A stretch of DNA of 63,634 bases, filler included, from Atractiella rhizophila (Eukaryota): the NCBI GenBank assembly GCA_021432655.1. It is 4 parts of 4 records of this genome, joined end to end, with 100 filler letters (N's around TTAATTAATTAA, not from the genome) between each part and the next. Parts side by side here need not be neighbours in the genome. Positions count along the whole stretch, not along the records: positions 26,695 to 40,378 come from MU271474.1; positions 40,479 to 60,033 come from MU271482.1; 2 more parts are not named here. One strand, written 5' to 3'. The stretch's first letter is position 1, and each line of letters opens with the position of its first letter. Below, piece after piece: positions 38,816 through 49,295 of the stretch. The notes under the pieces are model-generated. The model saw only the letters and a program-made list of their open reading frames with translations, was not told the DNA's origin and did no database searches. Position numbers and translations under genes: made by a program.

Positions 38816-40501
38816 TTATACTGAAGTGTAAGGATCTTTTTTCAAATCTTTAATCGTCGCCTTCTCGACATGTGGCAGCTCCTTCTTCTGCTTTTGGTTA
38901 TCCGCCATAGCAGTCCAATCTCCATCAAGGAACCTCCTGTTCTTAACCTCCTTCTCTGTCGGTCCATCCACCCCATTGACACCGTTGACTCCATTCGAAG
39001 CATGACCTTCAAGTTTCTCAGCCTTCATCGTCTTCACCAACGCAACGACATCAGCCACCGCCTCATCCGAGATCTGCCAATGAAGCACGACCCTTCCTCC
39101 TCTAAGGATGACAGGTCGTTTAAGTTCCTTCGCCCTGTTTTGGAGGTCGAAGACGGAGAAACCGAGTGGGGAAGTGTCAATGAACACCATATTGGTCTCG
39201 ACGGGCAACAAGAGGGTGACGCCCAACTCGAAGAGCCGTGAAGCGAGGGAATGAGCGAGGGCGTGCACGCGAGGAAGGTGCGGGACGACCTCGTCGAGGG
39301 AGTTGGAGAGGAGGGCGGTGAGCGGTCCGCATTGTCTGATTCCCCCGCCGACCATTTTTCGGAACCACCGCGCACGGGTGATGAAGCGTTTGGGACCTAC
39401 GAGGACTCTGTTTTTCTCCTCGTTGAGCAAAGGAGCAATTTGTTTGAGAGGAAGAGGCTTACGATCCGATTGGAGCGCCGAGACCTTTGGAGAAACATAT
39501 GGAGACAGAGTCGAAAGGCTCACAGAGCTCTTTAAGGCTCTTGCCCGTCTACACGCCAATATCGATGAGAGACAGGTATTGATAGAGGTAGAGAGAGGAG
39601 CAGAAAAGTACCAACTTTAGCAGCGACCTCGATGATCCTTGCGCCATCGCAATGCAAGACGATCTGACACTCGTCGCTCTCCTTCCTCTTCCTCTCGTCA
39701 TTGATCGCATCCAGCTCCTTTCTGATCCTGACGATTTCGTCCTGCGGAAATACCATTCCATTCAGGGTATTCTCGAGCGAGATGACGCGGGTCGGGCATG
39801 TGTGAATGTTAGTTCCTGCCACATTTACTTTCTCAGCTTCTCTTTGCCGCAACACGACGAGTAAGTCAAGGAGGGACACAAACCATGGATCAGGGCGGGG
39901 GCGATGTCATCGTCCCAGGTCAAGTGGTGGAGGTTGGAAGGGATGAGAGGGGTCGCTTGAGCTTGAGAGATGGCGGCTAATCCTCCGGCTACACTCGTCC
40001 AACGTTAATGCTTATTCAGGTCCATAAAAGACTGATTATCTGAATCGCGCACCTTCATTAACATAAACGTGAGCCCTAGAATCCAACAAGACAGAATGCT
40101 AGATAAGAGACCATTAACTCCATCCAGACGGTTCAAAATAGAGGAAAAGAAAAGTTTGGAGAAAGGGGGAAAAGCGAGAAAGGAAGGGACATACAGGCGG
40201 TTGATTCAGCCAAGTCCTGAGTGCGACCTGATTAGACATGGTTCCACTGACCAAGAACAACGCGTCCTCCTTCCCCGTCAGCTCAGCCACCCTCTTCTGT
40301 AGCGCGCTGGTTGTCCCATCGTCTTCGTACACGTCGTCACCGCGCGTGGATTGGGACATGAGGGTGAACCAAGAGTCGNNNNNNNNNNNNNNNNNNNNNN
40401 NNNNNNNNNNNNNNNNNNNNNNTTAATTAATTAANNNNNNNNNNNNNNNNNNNNNNNNNNNNNNNNNNNNNNNNNNNNAAGCCTTGGTCCCCGAAGGGCA
40501 T
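38816..40501 (-). CDS. GLY1: Low-specificity L-threonine aldolase (PLP-dependent); 5' end interrupted by assembly spacer 40379-40478
   Basis: GDDVYEDD, ALFLVSGTMSNQVALRTWLNQPP, ISLENTLNG, LHCDGARI, DSVSICFSKGLGAPIGS, RARWFRKMVGGGIRQ, VETNMVF. Start position uncertain. Confidence 0.9.
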
Positions 40502-40882
40502 GCGTTGGGTTGTCCCTGGCTTTAGGCGAAGTGAGTGACAATCTGTTGTTAATCAGAGAAAGAGTGGACAAACGGGTTTATATGCGGTTCGCGTCATTTT
40601 GAGCCTGCGTGTTGTTATACTATAGACGACAGGAAGCTGGTACAACACGATGGAACGATTCTCCTTCAGAGATAAGCTTTGCTGCGAGAAAGCACAAACA
40701 ACCCAACCAGTACAAAGGAGATAAATGTCCCGAATTTATGGTTAGACTCATATCAGTCTTGACGAGATGAGTATGAATCTACGACATTCACAATTTCCTC
40801 AATCAGCCTCTACAGATACCGTCCAGTACACTGAAATATATGTGCGTCTAATCTACTCCATTCTTGAAACATGCCTGGCAGG

Positions 40883-42191
40883 TTACAACTTGCTTTTCTC
40901 CACATTTTTCGCCTTCGACTCCTTAATCCTCTGGCTAGTCATGATAGCGTTACTCTGCCTCCCTACGGCCACGAGCACGCTGCGTTCCCTCCATCCCTGC
41001 CCATCTTGTGCCAACTCTTCGCCTTCGACATGAGGGATGATCCACACCTCGACCGTAGTGTCCGATCTTCCCTCCAATATCACGCGCGAGGAAGCGTAGA
41101 GCGCTATTTTTGCTGTAGTCCCTCCGGTGGAGGTGGAAGTGATTGTTGTGGTCGAGGAGGTCGAAAGAGAGGTCGAGGTGGACGGGGATTGGGGTGGGAG
41201 AGGGAAGGGGAATTCGATTTGGAGAGCTAAAGTTGGGTACCAGGATGGTGGTTGGTCCACTATGAGTTCCGCGAGCTGTACACCAGGGTCAATCAGTTCG
41301 AACCGTTCTGCTTCCTCTTTGTTAGGAGGTGGACGAGAACGGGAGACAGACGTTCTTGAACGTGTCCACAAGGAACCTATCCTCATCATGCTTGTCAGCA
41401 TCTCTTGTGTTCGAAGAAGGGAAGACACACGGCAAAGAAGCCACCGTGACTGGCTCCCCGAAATCGACGAAAGCTCCCCATTCGCCATTCTCCGTCAAAG
41501 ACCTCTGTAAATGTTCCTTGGGTATCTCTAGTACCTTGACGTCCGTCCGCTTATACCACGGGAGTAGCTGGAAGTCTCTAACGGAGGGATGAGATGGGTG
41601 TATGCCGATCGGACAAGGGGGAGAATAGGTCGGCAATGGTGGAGATGGAGCAGGAAGGGGGAACGAGGAGAGTGGAGGGTGAAGGGTGAAGATGTGCGTT
41701 GTGTGAATGTTGGGCTTTCCCTATCACGATAAGTCCGTTCGTGTCAGCGCTCATGGTAGCTCTGAAAAAAGGAGAATAAGGAAGGAAGGCAGACAAACGT
41801 CGTAGGATAAGGAACCGTTGAGCCATAACATCTTCTTCGTGCGATGCACCACCTCTACCGCTACCTCCACCCGACTTCCTGCCTCGCTCCTCCTCAAAAA
41901 ATGGCTGGTCAAAACGAGCGGATCCCTATATTTATCCCTGAGCTCCGGTTGGGAGCCAATGAAGTTGAGACAGGTGTTCAAAATGAGTCCCAAGAGGTAA
42001 CCTGTTTGCATCTTTCCATTAATACACTGAATCGCGCGGCTGACAAAAGACATACCGCCCTGTGGAACGCTCCCAAATGCCCAGTGCCTGTCTAGTGTGT
42101 AGGACTGGACGAAGTTGGTTGCGGACTGGTCTTGAGGGAGGGATTTGGTAGAAAGTGGAACCAGGGATTCGGAGAGACTGTGTGGCGCCAT
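40883..42191 (-). CDS. Hot-dog-fold acyl-CoA thioesterase-like protein with peroxisomal PTS1
   Basis: WAFGSVPQGG|YLLGLIL, DPLVLTSHFLR, WYPTLALQIEF, EGRSDTTVEVW, LVAVGRQ; C-terminus ...VEKSKL*. Confidence 0.8.
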
Positions 42192-43567
42192 TCCGAGCTC
42201 TCCCCAGGATTAAGTCAAAGGTGAAGTCGACAGTCTCACAGGCAGAGCCTAAGTTTTATAAACGGAGTTGGACTTTGAAGGAGAGAATCTATCTTCCGGC
42301 ATTGTCATATAGCCGGTGTCGCCATCTCGCGCTCGGCGTTCGTAGCCTCTCCAACATTCTGACGAGCCAACATTCCAACGTCAGGACAACGGCAACGAGC
42401 TGGAATTGGGAGATAGAGAAGGGATAGTGACAAGGCGTGGATTCCAGATGAATATTGCTATGAAAACCGCGTCACGGGACAGTAAGCTCTCTCAAGTTCC
42501 AGCATGCATTCAGCCCATTAGATTTCGCGTAGAAGATGTTCTCCTAAAGCATTAAACACCTTCTCCTATTAATCTCTTCTACAAGACCTTGACTTCCGCA
42601 ATTTCCAGTGGGAAGAAAGGAAGCGTAACATGCGACTTTCCCTCTGACAAGGCCAAACCTTTTCTGCCATTTGCTGCGAGAACTAGACCTTTTTATTACT
42701 ATATGCGTAGCTTCCCCTTCGCTGTTTAGATTTTCTCGCCCATTGATACTGTTTGTGTTTTACTTGCACCTTGGCTTCCTCCCACCCAAAGGAAATGTTG
42801 AATATTACCTCAAACTTGATTATCTCCATCGAAAACGAGAGAGGGAGAACCTTATTCAGTGTAGAAGTAGCAGCTCACTTTTTGATACGAGTTGCTGGAA
42901 GCCTGGATTTCCAGTCATCTCGGGGGGTTCTAATAGAGGAATATAGGTAATCTCCTTGATGTGCAAGCCAGTTCAGGGACAACCAGACCCGAGATCGATG
43001 TACACATTCACTGACACCCTTGGACCTAGACTTAGATCTTTAAGGGACTCCATTATTGCTAGCATCGCACCGCTTCGGGCGATTAACCATACCAGTAGTT
43101 GCTGCTTTGCTGAGTTTTCCATTGGTCGGGATGGAGTAGAAAGCAAGTTTGGTATAGTAATCTGGTTTAATCGCTATTGGTGAATGCTTCAACTAGGTCC
43201 TCCATTTCGTGCAGCTGAAGCTTGCCCTGCAACAAAATCCTTCTTCATGATCTTCGATATTAAATAAAGTATTCGAACTACGTGATAACTGGAAGCTGTA
43301 GCGCTAAAGACTTATTCTCTGAATTCAATTACATACGGTTTCACATTGTTATTAAAGTAACGATCGACCAGTCGTTGCTTCGTTTAGGAGAGCCAAGAGA
43401 AGATGAAACGACGTGAGCGACAGACGCGAGCGACACAGTACCATTGCTGCTCTGCTGAGATGTGGAACGTAAAATGATCCGCATCGAGTCAAGAAAAAGG
43501 GATGAGGGTTCCTGCCAAACGCACCGTGCTCCATCTTACATCCAGAGTCTGGTCCTATCGATACATC

Positions 43568-45229
43568 ATGGTCCCGAAGAAGGACGAAGAGGACGACTTG
43601 GCCGAAGAGGAGGAGGTGCAAGTCCAGCTGTCAAGCGACAATCCTCCACGCACCAACCCGTGGAATCGACAAAGGTTCGTCTCGAGACTTCCCGCCCATT
43701 CTGCTTGTTCAACGGAATTGAACCCAGATACTCCGGAGCACTCCTGTTCAATTTAGCTGCTTTCATCCTTCCAGCGCTGTACGGCACGCTCAGCAAACTA
43801 TGGGTAGCGAATATCGACCGGTCGATGGTGGTCACCACGGACGCCTACACCTACATGAGCACAGTCGCAGAAGTCTTGAATGAAGGTCTCCCTCGCTCTG
43901 CTTGGCTCGTCATCGGGAACAAAACCTCGCGCACACACCTGGAGAGGATAGGGCTGTCATATACACTGATCACCTTTCAAATCCTACTCGGAAGCGTCAT
44001 GTCGATTATATTCCTGGCATTTGCTGCAAAATTCGCCGACTCTTTTGTTCCCATTGAGGTACGAGCAGCCTCATTGGATTACGTTCGGATCTCATCCTTC
44101 TCAGCTCTCAGCTCGTCCATTGAGGTTGCTGTATCGGCTTGTACGAGGGCATTGGATAGACCTGACGTTCCTCTCTTGATTAGTTCAGCCAAATTTGCTA
44201 TCAATATCGTGCTAGACTTCATCTTCATTTCTACGTTTCATGTAGGAAGCCACTCTCCAACTGTGAACGATCAGGCCATTATTCGGCTCTGTTGCGATCT
44301 CTCTGCAGCGATAATTGGACTTTTCTACTTCGTCTTTGTTTCTTCAAGAACGTTCAGGAAGAATTCAGTACCCGAACGAAGCAAAGTTCGTCCCTCGTTC
44401 AAAGCGCTCAAGGTCCTGCTTCCTCCTGGAGCGATGACGTTTGCAGAATCGGCCGTAAGGAATGCGCTCTACCTTTGGCTCATAACAACGATTGTCTCTA
44501 TGGGTGCAACGTACGCGACCGCCTGGGGAGTCTTCAACACTATCCGCTGGGGAATCGTCATGGTCCCGGTCCAAGCCTTAGAAGCATCCGCCCTTGCTTT
44601 CGTGGGACACGCTTGGGGGTCGTGGAGAGTAAAAGTGGGTGAGGACGAGCGCCGCCCGAAAGCTTCCTCGAAGGATTTGAAAGGTCTGCCTCCTCGCCTT
44701 CACCCATGTTCGATTCTAAGTTCAGAACAGGGATAGCGAAACCGGCTCTGGTATCCGCCGTCATAGCCCTCTTGTTCGAAGTGCCTCTGTGCATCTTTCT
44801 CTCCTTTTGGGGAGCAGAGCGCTTTGCATTCTACCTTTCTCAGTCATCCGAGGTATCTAGAATAACGGAGAAGATGTGGAAGGTGTGCCGTCGCCTTGTT
44901 TCATCATCAGTGGTAAACTGATACTGGGGAAGACAATTGATTGGGCCTATATCCTGTATGCTCTAAGTACTCAGATGGCCACAATCCTTCTCGCCACCCG
45001 ACCGCTGTGGTACCTCTATCAGTCGCTGGCGTCAAATCTTCTTTGGGTTCTCCCGTGGGCTGTCGTTGTACAGACTAGGAAACTAGACGCTGACAACGCC
45101 TGGACCTATCATTCCATCGTCTTTGGGGGTTCACTCATCTTTTCTTTCTTTGATATCGGTGCCTTTGTTCTCGCATGGTTCTTGCTCCTGCACAGGCGGT
45201 GGATGAAGTTGGAATCTGTTGTTCATTAG
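43568..45229 (+). CDS. MATE/MOP-superfamily multi-pass transporter-like protein
   Basis: [85 protein letters not shown]; three short introns; ends KLESVVH*. Confidence 0.8.
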
Positions 45230-45356
45230 TGCTCAAGCTTCTAGTGTGTCTCAGTTCCGGATGCAATGAAAGAGGCAGTGATCATTACCAGATCTTATCA
45301 TCAAGAAGGTTGAGAGTGAGGTTGAAATGGTCGCTTGAGACTTGTTAAGGTGTTGT

Positions 45357-46386
45357 TCAAAAAACTTGTCGTACTCGGATGATGATATCCATCCTCTCCA
45401 TCCGATCCTTATTCTCAGCCTGCTCCTTATCCATCCGCGTCCTCATCCTCTCCACATCTGGTAATCCGCCTGGAACGATATCATCGATGTGTGCAGGGAC
45501 AGGTGGAGGTGCTTCCTCTCCGGGGTCTGTTACGGCTCCATCGTGCCCCTTCTTCGTCTTTCGTCGTCCAAAGATGCTTCGTGATTTCCCGAGCTTCTTC
45601 ATCGAGGTAGAGGCTAGACCTGAACGTCGAATACGCCATGCTCTCCGCCGGTCCTCCTCTCGCATCGACTCGTGGATAGAATCGGTGGCCGTCCGCGTAA
45701 TACGCAAGCGGTGGTCTGGATCCTGGGCTCTGCATCGTGTGTTAGCATGTCACCTATGGTTGACGTTTGACGTAAAGATCATTTGCGCTACGGACAGCCT
45801 CGACCTGTCTAACGCGGAGAGGTTTTCCCGCCACGGCAGGAAGGGTTTAGACAATAATATATAGCGAAGGAACCAGAGGCGCTGAAGGTTACGTTGCCGC
45901 CTGATCGCAGATAGCTCGCTTGACATGGCATGGACAGTGCAAGGTAGACATCATGCATCGGCATGCATAAAGCAAAACATGAAGTACTTGGGCATCAATA
46001 CCGTTTAATTTATTCCCTTCCCTCTAGGCTACAGCCTAAGCAGCAGCAACACACCAGACGGTATTTCCACCTGCACACCTTCCTGCCAGGATTTTGAAAG
46101 GTCTCGATGGACCAGACTGACAAGCAGTGCCAAGACATGTTCCTCACTCTCGACCAAAGCAGGAGAACACGACTTACGGGTCATAATCTAAGTCGTTGAC
46201 ATCCCTTTCCTCCTCCTCGGTAATCCCAGTAGATCCAATGCCATTCCACCTCTTATTATGGCCTTGCAAGCTCCCGACGACCTCCATTGCTTCAGAACCA
46301 TGACTGCTTTCGCTCCTCACACCGAATTGGGTGCTTGCATTCGAGGACGACCTTGCGCGCGAGAAACTAAGTCGACGGCTGGACAT
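45357..46386 (-). CDS. Hypothetical protein (about 195 aa), two or three exons
   Basis: Exon 1 MSSRRLSFSRARS...DLDYDP, GTAAGT donor at 46177, 447-nt intron with GCTAAC branch and CAG acceptor at 45731, in-frame continuation AQDPDHRLRITRTATDSIHESMREE...; 3' end uncertain. Confidence 0.6.
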
Positions 46387-47857
46387 TGCACGGGGTAGTG
46401 GGTGTGAGTGATGAAGTTGAAAAGATGGTGGTAACGAGTGTACAGCAAGGGTTGTGGTCGAGTTGGATGAAGAGGGAGAGGGAAAGCGAAAGCGAAAGAG
46501 GGATTAAGAACTGCCCGGGCTGGAAGCTTTGGTTGTCTGGATGGAGATGCCGACAGTCGTCGCGTGTGTTCGTTACGCCTGTTCGTCAGCACTGAGCATG
46601 ACAGATATTCCTTCCGTATTCCGTATTCCGAAGGATTACGGGAGATTATCCTCCATGACTCACGTGTGAACTCCGTTACTGGCAGAGCTGGAGCGAAAAG
46701 CCCCTTCTCTTCACGGCTTCCTTCATGGTCTTGAGATGCGAAAGAATTTATCCTCAAGGTCTCGCAAATCGAATACTGGCACTGATCCTTCTGCAGACAT
46801 GTTCACCGATAAGCCCATCTGCTAACAAAACTTTGATCCAGCCTCCGTCGCATTCGTCTGTAGTCCTCCGCTTCTGTTGATGGAGGAGCTGGCGAAGCTC
46901 CGGCCACCACTGCACGCATCGGAACCTGGATCTAGCAGTCTCACACGAGGAGGCGCATCATCCCCCGTTCAGAACTATCCTGCAATACACGATAAAATCG
47001 CTCACAGGTGATGTTCACCTGGGCTAGTTTCAAAGTGACTTGTTGCGCAATGGAAATGTTATCGAGAACGCAGGGAAGCTCGGGGTCCACTAATGCCAGT
47101 CATGAAGAAGAAAGTGGAAACTCAACGCTCGTTAACCAGAACCGTCAGCCGCACCTCCAGCAAATGGCGGTTTGCATGCCGTTATTGTTTTGTCAATCGT
47201 TTTCAAGCTACGTATCGACCTGAAACCAGTTGCAATTTTTCTTTTCGGTGGCGCTGCAACAGCCTGGCACTCGAGTAAACGGCGTGATACCATAAACTGA
47301 CAGTTCTGTTCCTAGTGCAGTTGATTGTGATACGCAACACAAAGGAAGCATTGAAGTTTAGCAAAGTGGCGAGTTGCTGAGGAAGCGCATTACAGTGGTG
47401 TCATCTGCGTGCCCGTGCAAGTGTACAATGAGTGCTGCCTCTCGACGAATATGCTCTCATTTATACATCCTAATGCATTTATGGTGTAAAATAACGCGTG
47501 GTTAGTACAATCGGACACTGGGTGTGCACATGAGTACGAGTTAGTAGATCAAAGGCAGGCAAGGACCGGAGGTTAATCAGAGTGGTCGAGGCGAGGGGAC
47601 AAGGCGATTGTCCTAGTCGGTGATTCATAGATGTTCGTCTCGTTAAGTCTTGCAAGAGAGCGGCGGGTACGCCACTGCTCTTTCGGTTGGTGAGATTGAA
47701 GCGAAATCAGGAAGAAGCAGTACCTAAGGGGCGTTTGCCTGCCATTCCCCCCAGTCTCGTGATACAGCTATACAGAACTATCTTCTCCAATACCGGAAGA
47801 ATTGAAGTTTTGTTGAAAGCAGGGAGGCTGAAGAGTTCGGGTGCCAAGTCCATCCTA

Positions 47858-47952
47858 GCAGACAGCTGCATAATGTCTATAACCTTAGGCTTTGAAGACT
47901 TCATTATGAGGAACCTATCCCGTTTAAGGTACCTTGACTCTCTGAATCTCCA
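47858..47952 (+). repeat. 95-bp direct repeat, copy 1
   Basis: GCAGACAGCTGCATAATG...CTCTGAATCTCCA, identical to 48855-48949. Confidence 0.95.
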
Positions 47953-47953
47953 A

Positions 47954-48840
47954 ATGGGTGCAACGTACGCGACCGCCTGGGGAGTCTTCAACACTATCCG
48001 CTGGGGCATCGTCATGGTCCCGGTCCAAGCTTTAGAAGCATCCGCCCTTGCCTTCGTGGGACACACTTGGGGGTCGTGGAGAGTAAGAGTGGGCGAGGAC
48101 GAGCGCCGCCCGAAAGCTTACTGGAAGGATCTGAGAGGTCTGCCCCCTACCCTTCACCCATGTTCGATTCTAAGTTCAGAACAGGGATAGCGAAACCGGC
48201 TCTGGTATCCGCCATCATAGCCCTCTTGTTCGAAGTGCCTCTGTGCATCTTTCTCTCCTTTTGGGGAGCAGAGCGCTTTGCATTCTACCTTTCTCAGTCA
48301 CCCGAGGTATCTAGAATAACCGAAAAGATGTGGAAGGTGTGCCGTCGCCTTGTTTCATCATCAGGGGGAAACTGATCTTGGGGAAGACAATTGATTGGGC
48401 CTATATCCTGTATGCTCTAAGTACCCAGATGGCTACAATCCTTCTCGCCACCCGACCTCTGTGGTACCTCTATCAGTCGCTGGCATCAAATCTTCTTTGG
48501 GTTCTCCCTTGGGCTGTCGTTGTACAGACTCGAAAACTGGACGCCGACAACGCTTGGACGTATCATTCCATCGTCTTTGGGGGTTCACTCGTCTTTTCTT
48601 TCTTTGATATCGGTGCCTTTGTTCTCGCATGGTTCTTGCTCCTGCACAGGGGGAGGATGAAGTTGGAGTCCGTTGTTCATTAGTGCTCAAGCTTTCAGTG
48701 TGTCTCAGTTCCGGATGCAATGAAAGAGGCAGTGATCATTACCAGATCTTATCATCAAGAAGGTTGAGAGTGAGGTTGAAATGGTCGCTTGAGACTTGTT
48801 AAGGTGTTGTTCAAAAAACTTGTCGTACTCGGATGATGAT
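47954..48840 (+). repeat. 887-bp duplicate of 44500-45386 (3' half of the MATE gene with both introns, its 3' flank and the end of the convergent gene)
   Basis: Colinear alignment without indels; reading frame, splice sites and stop (48681-48683) retained. Confidence 0.95.
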
Positions 48841-48854
48841 TGTGGGCAGGAACT

Positions 48855-48949
48855 GCAGACAGCTGCATAATGTCTATAACCTTAGGCTTTGAAGACTTCA
48901 TTATGAGGAACCTATCCCGTTTAAGGTACCTTGACTCTCTGAATCTCCA
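48855..48949 (+). repeat. 95-bp direct repeat, copy 2
   Basis: Identical to 47858-47952; separated from the MATE copy by 14 nt (TGTGGGCAGGAACT). Confidence 0.95.
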
Positions 48950-49295
48950 GCGTTAAACATATTTAGCAGGCTACAGCCCAATCGAGTATGCTGAAGAAGG
49001 CCGTATCTGGTGATTTTCAACCTCTCCAGTGTCGTGCCCGCTGGTAGGATCGGGTCAGGTGTTGCAAACGCATCTAATACAATAGAGCAAAGAAACTCAA
49101 TAGCCCACAATGTATCAAGGCACTAGATACCATGTTCTGTTCACCGTTCCCGTTCAGACTGGGAAATGCGACTATCCCATTGTGACATCATAGGCAACCT
49201 CGAGGAGAATTCGCTTCCACAAAACTAACGACCAAGTCAAGTCCAATCCACAACTAATATTTTTTCAGATTCAAAGAAAAGAATACAACTTCAGT

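Noticed and set aside
47858..48949. 95-bp repeats as LTRs of a TRIM or mini-retroelement carrying a captured gene
   Set aside because: Only the second copy starts with TG; no primer-binding site, polypurine tract or flanking target-site duplication is visible, and the cargo keeps its introns.
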